64,000 nucleotides of DNA from Nannocystis bainbridge (GCF_028368995.1 NZ_JAQNDL010000003.1:608001-672000); one strand, 5' to 3'; positions 41,524 through 53,858 are shown, counted from the stretch's first letter. Program-made: numbers and translations. Notes: generated by a model not told the origin, from the sequence alone.

Positions 41524-42354
41524 CTACTGGCAGCGCGGCGCGGTGAACGTGCCCTCGAGCTGGGGCTTGGTGTCGAAGAACGGGGAGTCGACGTGGCACA
41601 GGCGGCCCACGACCTCCTTGTCGTCGATCGAGATCAGCTCGAAGGTGGCGCTGAAGCTGCCGCCGCCGAACGGGCACAGGTCGGGCCCGTCCACCTCGCC
41701 GGCCTCCATCGCGTGGCCGGTGACGTCGGGCCCGAGCAGGTGGTAGAGGCCGGGCGTCTGGTAGGCCACGGGGATCCGGATCGACACCTGCCAGTTGTTG
41801 CCGCACTCGACGCCGGCGTTCGGGTCGGCGCAGGTGGCCACCTGGTTCGAGAGCCGCACGTGCAGCGTGTTCGGGTCGGACGGCTCGCCGCCGCTGGTGC
41901 CGGAGCTGCCGCCGGTCGGATCGGGATCGGGGGGCACCTGCGCGTCGGTGTAGGCCAGCGCGGCGGCGTCGATCTCGATCGCCTCGCCCTCGCACGGGGT
42001 CGGCTCCGGCGGCACGTCACCCGAGGTGGCCGAGGTGACGGTGCTCGAGGCCGAGGTCATGCCGGTCGGGTCGGCGCCGGTGGTGGCCCCGCTGGTGCCC
42101 GGGTCGGTGTCGCTGTCGGGGTTCGGCCAGGTGGTCGCGCTCGTGCCCGGGCTGCTGGCCGAGCTGCCGCCGCTGGTGGTCAGCGGGTCGCCCTCGGTGG
42201 CGCCGCCGGTCGAGCTGTCGCCGTCAGTGCCGTCGCTGGCACTACCGCTGGAGCTGCTGTCGACGCTGGCGGTGTCGGAGTCGCTGGGCTTCGAGTCGCA
42301 CCCGAGCGCGAGCGCGGCGACGAGGCTGAGGCAGGAGAAGCTGTAAGAACGCAT
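41524..42354 (-). CDS. Hypothetical lipoprotein with Ser/Thr stalk
   Basis: ALGC lipobox; low-complexity linker; Cys-containing beta domain ending GTFTAPRC. Confidence 0.8.
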   Translation of the reverse strand: MRSYSFSCLSLVAALALGCDSKPSDSDTASVDSSSSGSASDGTDGDSSTGGATEGDPLTTSGGSSASSPGTSATTWPNPDSDTDPGTSGATTGADPTGMTSASSTVTSATSGDVPPEPTPCEGEAIEIDAAALAYTDAQVPPDPDPTGGSSGTSGGEPSDPNTLHVRLSNQVATCADPNAGVECGNNWQVSIRIPVAYQTPGLYHLLGPDVTGHAMEAGEVDGPDLCPFGGGSFSATFELISIDDKEVVGRLCHVDSPFFDTKPQLEGTFTAPRCQ

Positions 42355-42548
42355 GCGGTGGAGTTAGCACGCGCCGCCACGGCCCGCACCGGGGAAGCCA
42401 CGCGGCTTCGATGTGCGCGCGGCCCATGACAGGTGCGTCGCACGATGACGCGCGCGCGTGTCAGCGGCGATTCGTCGTTCTCCGGCCGCGAGAGCCCGCT
42501 GCACGCGGGCCGGCGCGCGCGAGGGCTCGCCGCGACATGACCTCGATG

Positions 42549-44897
42549 TCAGGGTCCGAGATCGATCTGCAGCGTACCGCCCTGCGCGATGTCGCCGTGC
42601 ACGAGGCGCGGCTGCGCCAGCGGCTGGCCTTGCCAGCTCGCCGAGGCGGACCCGAGCGCGTCGTCGGAGGTCACCGGCGCGACGATCCGCAGGTCGCCGC
42701 CCTCGAGGTGCAAGATCGCCTCGCTGAAGATCGGGCTGCCGAGCAGATAGAAGTCGGTGCCCGCGATCGGGAACACGCCGAGCGCCGCGAACGCGAGCCA
42801 GGCGCTCATCGTCCCGCCGTCGTCGTTGCCGGGCAGGCCCGACGGCGTGTCGCCGTAGCGGTTGCGCAGCACCCATCGCGACCAGCGCGCGCTGCCGGCG
42901 TGATCGCCCAGGGCGCTGAACACGAACGGCGCGTGGATGTCGGGCTCGTTGCCCTGCCAGTAGTATTTCTGCGGCATGAGGCCGAGCACCTCCGCCTCGG
43001 AGTCGACGAAGAACTGCTGCAGCCGGGTCATCGCCGCCGCCGGCCCGCCCATCGCTTCGGCCAGCCCCTCCATGTCGTGCGGCGCGTACCAGGCGTACTG
43101 CAGCGCGTTGCCCTCGGCGTAGTAGTCCTGCCAGATCAGCGGATCGGTCACCGCCACGAACGCGCCGGCCTCGGAGCGCGCGACCAGCAGCTGTTGCGCC
43201 GGGTCCCACACGTTCTTCCAGAAGCCGGCCCGCTCGGCGAACATCGCCGCGTCCTCGGGCTCGCCGAGCACCTCGGCCAGGGTCGCCAGAGCGAAGTCGT
43301 TGTAGGCCGACTCGAGCGTCCACGACGACGAGCTGGCGCCCGCCTCGACCGGGACGTAGCCGAGCTCGATGTACTTGTCGACCGCCATGCGCCCGCCGTA
43401 CGGCGAGCCGGGCGGCACCGGGGCCATCGCCGTCGCGCGCATCGCCGCGTAGGCCGAGGCCAGCCCGATCTCGTCCGGATCGAAGCCCTTGAGGACGCTG
43501 TCGGCGTAGACCACCGTCGCGCTCTCGCCGTCCATGCCGTTGGTGTAGCCGGTGCCCAGCGGCCAGCGCGGCATCCATCCGCCGTCCTCGGCCATCCGCG
43601 TCAGCGAGCGCAGCATGTCGCGCTGGTACTCCGGATAGAGCAGCGTGAGCAGCGGGTGCAGCGTGCGGAACGTGTCCCACAGCGAGAAGTCGGTGTAGTA
43701 CGGCCCGTCGGAGTTGTGGACCGCATCGTCGAGCCCGCGGTAGCTGCCGTCGACGTCGCTGGCCAGCGTCGGCATCAGGAGCGCGTGATAGATGGCGGTG
43801 TAGAACAGCCGGAAATCGCGGCCGCTGTCGCCGCGCACCTGCACGCGCGCGAGCTCGTGCTCCCACGCGGCCTCGGCGGCGCCCCGCGCGGCCTCGAAGT
43901 CGAGCTCCGGCGCCTCGGCGGCGAGGTTCATCGCCGCGTGCTCGGCGTCGACGAACGACAGCCCGACGCCGACGACCACCGGCTCGCCCGGCTCGAAGCG
44001 CAGATAGGCGCCCACCGCCTCGCCCTCCTGCGCGCCCACTCCGGCCTGCGGCTCGCCGTCGTTCCAGCTGCCGAACTCGACGAACGGCCGCGAGGCTCGC
44101 AGCGCGTAGTAGACCTTGACCCCGCCGTGGCGCTCCGAGTAACCGCCGGACACGTGGTGGTGGCCGCGGATCTCCCCGGCCCCGGCGTCGACCTCGACCT
44201 GCCCGCTGACAGTCTCGACGTCGGGCAGCCCGTGCGCGAGATCGAGGATCACCACCGGCTCCTGTCCTTCGGGGAAGGTGAAGCGCTGCAGGCCGACCCG
44301 CGCCGTCGCCGTCAGCTCGGCCGCGATCCCGCCGGCGAGGGTGACCGCGTAGTAGCCGGGGCTGGCCGTCTCCGTGGCCTTGTCGAGCGCGAGCCGATAG
44401 CCGTTCGGTTCGGTCTTGGCGGGGCTCATGCCGAGGCTCGGCATCACCCGCACGGACCCGTAGTCGACGATGCCGGTGCCGTGCATGCGCGTCTGCGAGA
44501 AGCCCTGCACCTCGGTGTCGTCGTAGTGGTAGCCGGCGCAGTGCGAGAAGCCGAGCGCGAAGCCGCCGGCGAGGGTGGTGTCGGGGCCGGGCCGGGCCAG
44601 GCCGAACGGCACCTGCGGACCTGGATACGCGCTCCCGACCCCGTAGCCGGATCCACCGGTGCCGATGAACGGGTTGACGTGCTGGACCAGCGGCGCCGGG
44701 GCGAACATGCCCGGAAGTTCAGGTTCTTCGGGACCTGTCGTCGGGGACAGGCTCGTCGCGTCGCCGGTGCTGCCGGTGGTCGTCACGCCGGTGCCGCCGG
44801 TGGTGCTGCTGCCGCCCTCGCTCTCGGTCGCGCCCGCCGACGGCGAGCCGTTGCAAGCTGCGAGCAAGAACGCGGCAGGGAGCAGACGCGGGAGCAT
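42549..44897 (-). CDS. GH92 alpha-mannosidase family lipoprotein
   Basis: VNPFIGT, PFG, FSQTRMHGTG, FSLWDTFR, EGN, GNEP, GNDDGGTMSAW. Confidence 0.95.
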   Translation of the reverse strand: MLPRLLPAAFLLAACNGSPSAGATESEGGSSTTGGTGVTTTGSTGDATSLSPTTGPEEPELPGMFAPAPLVQHVNPFIGTGGSGYGVGSAYPGPQVPFGLARPGPDTTLAGGFALGFSHCAGYHYDDTEVQGFSQTRMHGTGIVDYGSVRVMPSLGMSPAKTEPNGYRLALDKATETASPGYYAVTLAGGIAAELTATARVGLQRFTFPEGQEPVVILDLAHGLPDVETVSGQVEVDAGAGEIRGHHHVSGGYSERHGGVKVYYALRASRPFVEFGSWNDGEPQAGVGAQEGEAVGAYLRFEPGEPVVVGVGLSFVDAEHAAMNLAAEAPELDFEAARGAAEAAWEHELARVQVRGDSGRDFRLFYTAIYHALLMPTLASDVDGSYRGLDDAVHNSDGPYYTDFSLWDTFRTLHPLLTLLYPEYQRDMLRSLTRMAEDGGWMPRWPLGTGYTNGMDGESATVVYADSVLKGFDPDEIGLASAYAAMRATAMAPVPPGSPYGGRMAVDKYIELGYVPVEAGASSSSWTLESAYNDFALATLAEVLGEPEDAAMFAERAGFWKNVWDPAQQLLVARSEAGAFVAVTDPLIWQDYYAEGNALQYAWYAPHDMEGLAEAMGGPAAAMTRLQQFFVDSEAEVLGLMPQKYYWQGNEPDIHAPFVFSALGDHAGSARWSRWVLRNRYGDTPSGLPGNDDGGTMSAWLAFAALGVFPIAGTDFYLLGSPIFSEAILHLEGGDLRIVAPVTSDDALGSASASWQGQPLAQPRLVHGDIAQGGTLQIDLGP

Positions 44898-45154
44898 GAT
44901 CGCATCCTACTCCCGGCCGCGGACCCCGCGCCGGCCGTGAGAGATGAGTTATGCGGGCATGACCCGCCGCCTCTGGATAGCCAGCCGGAGCCGTCGCTCG
45001 CCCGGCTAGCGGGCGACATCACCGATGTCGGGGGTGCCAGGCCACCAACGTCCCGAAACGCGACCGGGAACGCCCGGTCACTCGCGCGAGTGACTCGCCG
45101 TTCCATCGGCGATATGACCTGCCTGCAAGCGCAGGTCGAAGCCCCCGCGGCCGT

Positions 45155-45406
45155 TCACAGCTTCTCGTCGTAGCTGCGCGGCTCGTGATCCATCATCGAT
45201 TTGCAGCCGACGATCTGCGTCACGGGGACGCGGTCGCGGTCGGGAAACAGCACGAAATCCTCGCCCGACTCGGTGACCACGTCGAGCACCTGGGCCTGGA
45301 AGGTCTCGCCGCTGCGCAGCTCGACCTGCACGGGCCGCTTGAAGTGGGCGGACTCTTCGAGCATGTCGAGGAAATCACAACGTCCGGTCGGCTCTGTCTG
45401 CTGCAT
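45155..45406 (-). CDS. Rof/YaeO-like Rho-binding antiterminator
   Basis: CDFLDMLEE...VELRSGETFQA..LD..T..GEDF resembles Rof CDxxDxLE...LELKDGExxQA; 83 aa. Confidence 0.65.
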   Translation of the reverse strand: MQQTEPTGRCDFLDMLEESAHFKRPVQVELRSGETFQAQVLDVVTESGEDFVLFPDRDRVPVTQIVGCKSMMDHEPRSYDEKL

Positions 45407-45522
45407 GGGCTCTCCTGCTTCCGCGGTCGCAGAAACCATGGTCGCGCCCGGAGTCGGAGGCAAGCTCGGCCGCCGCACCGCGAGAACGAGCGGGCTTTCA
45501 CCGCACCGCCGACGCGGCGAAC

Positions 45523-45969
45523 TCACCCGCAGATGCCCGGCTCGACCCGCAGCCGCTCGACCAGCAGCTCGGGCAGCTGCGCGAAGGTCCCGGCCGCCAA
45601 CTCTTCCTGCAGCGCCGCGATCGCCCGCGTCGAGGTGAAGCACACCTCGGCCGGGATCTCACCGTGCCACGCGGCGAACTCCATGCCGCGCGTGCCCTCG
45701 GCCCACAGCTCGGCCAGAGTGGCGAACCCCAGCCGCACCAGCGAGTCGCGCATGCCCTCGGCGATCCACGGCGGCTCCTCGGTCACCAGCGACCCGAGCC
45801 CGCTGCGACAGGCGACGCCGTGCAGCAACCACGCGCGGATGAGGTCGCGCTGCGCCGGCGTCATCGCCGAGAAGGTGTCGCGCTGCTGGCTGGCGACCAG
45901 CCACGGATCGATCACGGCCCCCCAGACCTCGTGAAAGCTCGCGCTCCGCAGCCACTCCGCGCTGATCAT
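45523..45969 (-). CDS. Hypothetical protein
   Basis: ORF with plausible codon bias filling the gap; no recognised motif. Confidence 0.55.
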   Translation of the reverse strand: MISAEWLRSASFHEVWGAVIDPWLVASQQRDTFSAMTPAQRDLIRAWLLHGVACRSGLGSLVTEEPPWIAEGMRDSLVRLGFATLAELWAEGTRGMEFAAWHGEIPAEVCFTSTRAIAALQEELAAGTFAQLPELLVERLRVEPGICG

Positions 45970-46134
45970 CCCGGCAGCATGCCACGCCCGCGCGGAGCCG
46001 GACAAGCATGCGAGATTCAGCTCCCGAGCCGAGCCCGTCGAAGGACCAGGCCGCGCCAGTCATGCCCCGAAGAGCCTCCTGGCCCCTCTCCTGGCGTATG
46101 CCTCCCGCATGTCCCAAGAGACAGTGACCGGGGC

Positions 46135-46467
46135 TCACGGCGCCAGCTTGACGTCGGCCTCCACCGCGAACGCGCGGCCCCAGTCGTACAGCGACTGCAG
46201 CACCGTTCGCAGCGACTCGCCCCGCTCGGTCAGCGCGTAGTGCTCGTGACCCGCGACGGCCGAGCGGCAGACCAGGCCGATCTCCTCGAGCTCGCGCAGC
46301 CGCTGCGTCAGCATCTTGTCGCTGAGCCCCACGACCTGGCGCCGCAGCTCGCCGTAGCGCAGCGGACCCTGTTTGAGCCGGGCCAGGAGCACCGTCTTCC
46401 ACTTGCCGCCGAGCACCTCGAGGGCCAGCTCGACCGGACAGCCGAAGGTTCGCGACAGGTCGGTCAC
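46135..46467 (-). CDS. HxlR family winged-helix regulator
   Basis: CPVELALEVLGGKWK...LSDKMLTQRLRELE...YALTERG. Confidence 0.93.
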   Translation of the reverse strand: MTDLSRTFGCPVELALEVLGGKWKTVLLARLKQGPLRYGELRRQVVGLSDKMLTQRLRELEEIGLVCRSAVAGHEHYALTERGESLRTVLQSLYDWGRAFAVEADVKLAP

Positions 46468-46550
46468 GCCTTCATCATGCCCGTCGCGCCGCGCCCACGC
46501 ACCATCCGGTGCGTTGAACTGCGGCCGCGTCCGAACGATTCTCGGCGCCG

Positions 46551-46859
46551 ATGATCGTCGAGTACATCCGCTACCGCGTGCCCACCGATCCCGCCGCCTT
46601 CGAGGCCGCCTACGCCCGCGCCAGCACCTCCCTGCGCGAGGCCCCGCAGTGCCTGGCCTACGAGCTGACGCGCTGCGAGGAGGCGCCCGACCACTACATC
46701 CTGCGCATCGAGTGGCTATCGACCGAGGCGCACCTGCAGGGCTTCCGCCACGGCCCGCAGTTCGGCCCGTTCTTGAGCGAGATCCGCCCGTACGTCGCCC
46801 AGATCGAAGAGATGCGCCACTACGCCCCGACCGGCCTGACCTGGCGCCGCGACGCCTGA
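46551..46859 (+). CDS. Antibiotic biosynthesis monooxygenase (ABM) family protein
   Basis: MIVEYIRY...YELTRC.E...YILRIEW.S.EAHLQGFR. Confidence 0.88.
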   Translation: MIVEYIRYRVPTDPAAFEAAYARASTSLREAPQCLAYELTRCEEAPDHYILRIEWLSTEAHLQGFRHGPQFGPFLSEIRPYVAQIEEMRHYAPTGLTWRRDA

Positions 46860-47020
46860 CGATCGGGACATGCCCCCCGGCGCATCGAGGATCAGGTCAC
46901 CCGCGAGGTGACGACCACCGCAAGATCGTCCAAGTACGTCGCCGGGCGCCGTCGTAGGCTCGATCGAACATGCTCGATCGGACATGCCCGATCGAGCATG
47001 CCCGGAAGAACATGTCCCGA
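46855..47020. repeat. 14-bp-phased CATG arrays
   Basis: Cores at 46855, 46869, 46883 and at 46969, 46983, 46997, 47011. Confidence 0.82.
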
Positions 47021-47025
47021 GACGC

Positions 47026-49143
47026 TCAGCCCGGCCGCGCCCGCTCGCGGCGGGTCGTCAGGCGCCAGCGGACCAGCGACTCGATCAGCAGCAGCAGCGC
47101 CACCAGCAGCACCAGCGGGCGCCAGCGCGGGTAGCGGGCGGCGGCCAGCACCTCGTCGCCTTCGATCTGCGGGCCCGCGACCGTCACCAGCGTCGTGTCG
47201 CTCTCGGCCGGGTCGACCTGCACCGCGAAGCGCAGCGGCGGCTCGTCGTCGCCGCGCTCGACCGTGTAGTGACCCGGCAGCCACGTATCTTTAAAAACGG
47301 CTTCGCCGTGGCCGTCGGGCACCGCTGCCAGCCGCTCGCCGGTCGGCGAGATCACCGTCGCTGGCCGGTCGCCGGGCAAGATCCGCGGCTCGCCGACCCG
47401 CAGCACCGCGCCGGCCGCACCTTGCTGGCTGGCGTCGAGGTACGCCACCAGGCGCTCGACCAGCGGCACGAAACCTGGCCGAAGGGGCAGGTCCGACCAG
47501 TCGCGGTCGATCGACGTGGTCAGCAGGGCCACGCGGCCGCGGCCGTGCGCGCGGGTGACCAGGGCCGGGGCGCCGCTGGTGAAGCTGAGCGCCACGTCGG
47601 ACGCGCGGGCGGCGTCGGGCTCGAGCAGGAACAGGCGACGGGTACGGGCGCCGAGCAGGCCGAGATCGTCGCCGAGCCCGCGCAGGGCCGGGTGGGCCAG
47701 GTTGGCCGGCGCCAGCGCCTCGGTGCGGTTCTCGGTGCGGCCGGGCGCGGTGCCGACGACCAGGGCCTCACGCAGGCGCAGCGGCAGCAGCTCGCCGAGG
47801 CGATCGTTGTAGGCGCTGGCCTCGACTCGCTCGCCGACGGTCACCAGCAGGCCGAGCCCCTCCTCGACGCGCCGGGTCAGCGCCGTCGCGGCGTCGGGGG
47901 CCGGCGCGCGCACGTTGGCGAGCACCACCACGTCGACGCCGGCGAGCGGCCTCGGCTCGCGCAGGCGGGCCTCGAGCTGATCGGGCGCCAGACCGTGCAC
48001 GCGCAGGCGCCGGCCGGGCGCGGCGGCCAGCGCGGTGGCGAGGAAGAACACCTCGTCGTGGGCCCGCATCTCGCTCGGGTCGCCGTTGACGAGCACGATG
48101 TCGAGCTCGTCCTCGCCGGCCAGCCAGAAGTGCCGCACCTCGTCGCCGGGCAGCGGATCGCCCTGCAGCTCGACCAGCGCCAGCGCGGCCGGGCTCGGCC
48201 CGTCGCCGATCAGCGTGTGCGTGAACTCGACCCGCGCCTCACCGGCGAGCGGGACCATGACGTCGGCTCGCGCGACCTCCTCGCCGCCGAGCTGCATCGC
48301 CACCGCCACGCGGCGCAGGTTGTCCGGCTGGACCGGCCCCGGCGCGTGCCGGCGGACCACGCCCCACACCCGCACCGCTCGCGGGTCGAGGTCGCGCGCG
48401 GGCTCCCAGCCGACTGAATCAAGGGACATGTGCTCCGGGACAGGCGGCAGCGCATCGAGGCTGCCGAGCGCCGGCACCGGCAGCACCGGCGTGTCGGGGC
48501 CCGCGGTCTCGGGCAGGCTGCCGAGGCCACGCGCGGTCGGGTCGCCGATGGCGTAGATCGCCCGCCGGCGCCCGCCGGCGTCCGCCCGCAGCAGCGCCGC
48601 CGCGACCGGCAGACCGCCGTCGAGCGGCCACGCCCCGGCCCGCGGCGCCCCGCCGGCCACCCACTCGCCGATCGCCTCGCGCGCGAGCCCGAGGTCGGCC
48701 GACAGCTCGAGCCGCGGACCCGACGGATCGCTGGTGACGAGCCCGACCCGGCTGCCCGGCGGCAACGCGTCGACCACCGCGGCCGCGGCGTCGGCGGCCC
48801 CGTCGAGGGCGCGCATGCCATCTGTCCTCAGGGACATGCTCAAAGAGCCGTCCACCAGCAGGATCGCGTCGTGCGGCTCGCCGAGGACCGCCACGCGCGC
48901 TCGCCCCGAGCTGACCGGCCGCGCCAGCGCCAGCGCCAGCAGGGCCAGCGCGGCCAGCCGCAGCCCGAGCAGCAGGCGGTCGCGCAGGTGCCGGCGCATG
49001 GTCACGACCTCGTCGCCGGTGCGGACGAAGCGGAGCGCGGCGAAGGCGATCTTGCGCGGCTCCTCGCGCCCGCGCAGGTGGGCGGCCAGCGGCGCGGCCA
49101 GGCCGAGCAAGCCGAGCAGCAGGAGCGGCGCCAGCAGGCTCAC
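47026..49143 (-). CDS. BatA/vWA domain membrane protein
   Basis: N-terminal BatA double-TM (LLLGLRL...LARP), MIDAS-like DGSLSM, GATase-like region, C-terminal TM. Confidence 0.88.
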   Translation of the reverse strand: MSLLAPLLLLGLLGLAAPLAAHLRGREEPRKIAFAALRFVRTGDEVVTMRRHLRDRLLLGLRLAALALLALALARPVSSGRARVAVLGEPHDAILLVDGSLSMSLRTDGMRALDGAADAAAAVVDALPPGSRVGLVTSDPSGPRLELSADLGLAREAIGEWVAGGAPRAGAWPLDGGLPVAAALLRADAGGRRRAIYAIGDPTARGLGSLPETAGPDTPVLPVPALGSLDALPPVPEHMSLDSVGWEPARDLDPRAVRVWGVVRRHAPGPVQPDNLRRVAVAMQLGGEEVARADVMVPLAGEARVEFTHTLIGDGPSPAALALVELQGDPLPGDEVRHFWLAGEDELDIVLVNGDPSEMRAHDEVFFLATALAAAPGRRLRVHGLAPDQLEARLREPRPLAGVDVVVLANVRAPAPDAATALTRRVEEGLGLLVTVGERVEASAYNDRLGELLPLRLREALVVGTAPGRTENRTEALAPANLAHPALRGLGDDLGLLGARTRRLFLLEPDAARASDVALSFTSGAPALVTRAHGRGRVALLTTSIDRDWSDLPLRPGFVPLVERLVAYLDASQQGAAGAVLRVGEPRILPGDRPATVISPTGERLAAVPDGHGEAVFKDTWLPGHYTVERGDDEPPLRFAVQVDPAESDTTLVTVAGPQIEGDEVLAAARYPRWRPLVLLVALLLLIESLVRWRLTTRRERARPG

Positions 49144-49255
49144 GCGACGGCCTCCGGTTGACGCTCGTCAAACACTCTGTCCCCGAGGACATGCGCCGCC
49201 GATGCGCCGCGCCCCGTCGGGCTCACCCCGCCACGGCTGTCCTCGAAGACAGGCA

Positions 49256-50260
49256 TCACGCCCGCGCCTCCTCCAGCGCCGGCTCGCCTTGCAGCGCCCG
49301 CAGCAGCCCGAGGAAGGCTGCGGTCACCGGCGTGTCGGTGACCACGCGGTGGCACACCAGCCCGCGCGCCAGGCACCCGCCCGCGAACCCGGCCAGATAC
49401 GCGCGCAGTCGCTGCAGGTAGGCCGCGCGCAGGCTGGCGCCCAGGCCCTCGACCTCCGGGCGCGCGCCGCGGACGTCCTCGAGCCGCAGCAGCTCGCGCC
49501 CCGACCACGGGAACTCGAGCTCGTCGCGGTGCAGCACCTGCAACAGCACGACCGCGTGGCCGCGCCCGGCCAGGGCCGCGAGCTCGTCGAGCAGGCCGGC
49601 CTCGGCCGCGGGGAGACCTGGCTCTTCGGGCATGTCCCCCGCGACATGTCCTTCGGAGCAAGGGTCGAGGAAGTCGGACACCAGCACGACCAGGCTGCGC
49701 CGCGGCAGCTGCGGCCCGACCGCGCCGACCAGCCGCGGCCACGGGCAGTTGCCCGCGGGCGGGCGCGCCAGCGCCTCGGCCAGCGCCAGCAGCCGCCGCG
49801 CGCCGCCCTGCGGCCGCACCTGCTGCAGCTCGACGCCGCCCGCCCCGCCGCTGGCCAGGCCGAGCCGGTCGCCCTGGCGCGCGCCCAGGCTGGCCAGCCC
49901 GGCCACCAGCGCCGCCGCGTAGGTCGATTTGCGCTCGGGACCTGTCCCGTAGGACATGCCCCCGGAGCCGTCCAGCAGGAACACCGCCGACAGCACGTCC
50001 TCGGCGTCGTGCTGGCGCAGCACGAAGCGGTCGTCGCGGGCCGCGGCGCGCCAGTCGAGCCGGCGCAGGTCGTCGCCGGCGACGTACGGCCGGTGCCCGC
50101 GGAACACGTCGCCGGAGCCCGCCCGGGCCGCGAGGTGCCGCCCGGGCCGCCCGCCCCACACGGCCTGGCCGACCCGCAGCACCCGCCCGCGCAGCAGCTC
50201 GCGCAGCTCCGGCGGCAGCACGGCGGCGAGGGCGATGTCCGGGTCGGGTCCTGAGGACAT
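49256..50260 (-). CDS. DUF58 domain protein
   Basis: FRGHRPYVAGDDLRRLDWR, LDGSGGM, SDF. Confidence 0.92.
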   Translation of the reverse strand: MSSGPDPDIALAAVLPPELRELLRGRVLRVGQAVWGGRPGRHLAARAGSGDVFRGHRPYVAGDDLRRLDWRAAARDDRFVLRQHDAEDVLSAVFLLDGSGGMSYGTGPERKSTYAAALVAGLASLGARQGDRLGLASGGAGGVELQQVRPQGGARRLLALAEALARPPAGNCPWPRLVGAVGPQLPRRSLVVLVSDFLDPCSEGHVAGDMPEEPGLPAAEAGLLDELAALAGRGHAVVLLQVLHRDELEFPWSGRELLRLEDVRGARPEVEGLGASLRAAYLQRLRAYLAGFAGGCLARGLVCHRVVTDTPVTAAFLGLLRALQGEPALEEARA

Positions 50261-50295
50261 GGCGGAGAGCTCAGGCCGCGACGGGCGGCAGGTGG

Positions 50296-50428
50296 CATGT
50301 CCGCGAGGACATGGCGAATGGGACATGCGCGAAAGCGCAGCTCACGAGGGGCCGCTGCGGGGGAGCGTCGGCCTCGCTCGCGGCTGGCCGCGAGGACATG
50401 GCGAAAACGACATGTCCGAAAGAACACT
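50296..50428. repeat. 14-bp-phased CATG arrays between moxR and DUF58
   Basis: Cores at 50296, 50310, 50324, 50338 and at 50383, 50397, 50411, 50425. Confidence 0.8.
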
Positions 50429-50493
50429 CGCAGGCCGCGCCCGGGAGAGCGGCGGCGGCGGGCGTATCGGACCGTGAGGACATGGCGGGAGGT

Positions 50494-51504
<1,011 letters not shown>

Positions 51505-51524
51505 GGGGCGCGGAGTATAGCGCG

Positions 51525-52493
51525 TCAACGCGGAGCCACCGGCCGCTTCGTCGCGCGCCGGGCCGCGAACAGCTCGCGCGCGCTGGCGACGGTGGCCGCC
51601 CGCTGCACCCAGCGCAACAGCTGGGCTCGCCGCCTGCACTCGGCGATCGTGCGCCGCTGCGTCGCGGTCACGGCGATCGCCCGCGCGTCGAGGATGGCGA
51701 ACAGGGCCTCGTGAAGCCCTGCGAGCTCGCCCTCCTCCTTCGCCTGTCGCGCCTCGCGGCGGGCCCGATGCAGCGGGGCCATGAGCTGGCCGAAGATCGA
51801 GCGCCGATAGAGGTACACGAAGGGGCGGAGCAGTTCTTCGTCGCTCAGGGGCTGCATGGCGTCGACTCCGAGCTCGGCGCGCGCGGCGGCGCCGAGAAAC
51901 ACACGGACGAGATCAGTGTAAAGAGGGCGACGCGCGCTGTCGAGCATGGTCACGCCGGCGAGCGCGGCGCGGCCGATGGCGGCGGCTCGTGGACCGCGGC
52001 CGTGGGCCAGCACCGACAGGACCGCGAGCTCGGGTCGGCGCCTCGCCTCGGGTGCGCGGGTGACTTGCGGGATCTGTTCCGGCCCCAGCACGTCCGGCAC
52101 CAGGATCCAGCGGCCGTCGCCCATGTCGATCGGTCGGCTGCACCAGCGCGCCACCGCCGGCCGGGTCGTCAGCACCAGCAAGCGCACGGGGCATTGCAGC
52201 CGCCGGCGCAGCGACGCCAGGTAGACCGGCCAGACCCACCGCTTGGCCGGGTCGCAGCGCAGCTGCGCCTCGACGACGATCGCCAGCGCTGGCCGACCGC
52301 CCTTGCCGGTCAGCGTCAGCACGAGGTCGGCGCGCACCTCGGCCGGATCGATCTCGGCGAACTCGCCCTCGACCACCTGCACCGCGGTGAATCGCGGCAA
52401 CGGCGCCGCGCAACCCTCACGCAGCAGCGTGGCGACGAGAGGCGGCGCGCGGCGCAGCAGCTCGAGCAGGACGGTGTGCGGGAGCGAGGGCAT
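51525..52493 (-). CDS. Hypothetical protein, PD-(D/E)XK/Rpn-like
   Basis: MPSLPH..LLELLR; RADLVL...IVVEAQL..D..KRW.WP.Y; C-terminal LLRWVQRAATV.S..ELF. Confidence 0.7.
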   Translation of the reverse strand: MPSLPHTVLLELLRRAPPLVATLLREGCAAPLPRFTAVQVVEGEFAEIDPAEVRADLVLTLTGKGGRPALAIVVEAQLRCDPAKRWVWPVYLASLRRRLQCPVRLLVLTTRPAVARWCSRPIDMGDGRWILVPDVLGPEQIPQVTRAPEARRRPELAVLSVLAHGRGPRAAAIGRAALAGVTMLDSARRPLYTDLVRVFLGAAARAELGVDAMQPLSDEELLRPFVYLYRRSIFGQLMAPLHRARREARQAKEEGELAGLHEALFAILDARAIAVTATQRRTIAECRRRAQLLRWVQRAATVASARELFAARRATKRPVAPR

Positions 52494-52684
52494 GTCGACC
52501 CTGACAGGTCGGTCGCCGCGACGTCGGTTTTGCGCGCGGCAGCGGTGAGTCAGCGCACTGCAATCACCTGCACCCGCGGACATGACCCAAAAGACAGCCG
52601 CCAGCCTGTCGGCTCGGCGACGACTTCGGCTAAAACCCGTGGACGGGGCGACCGCGAATTTCCCGCCCCGCACGGAGACAGGCG

Positions 52685-53857
<1,173 letters not shown>

Positions 53858-53858
53858 G

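Noticed and set aside
42411-45173. Long alternative ORFs (for example 42411-45173 +, 53996-56773 +, 25562-28324 +, 21270-23969 -)
   Set aside because: Shadow ORFs typical of high-GC DNA; they overlap well-supported genes and give Arg/Pro/Ala-rich non-protein-like translations
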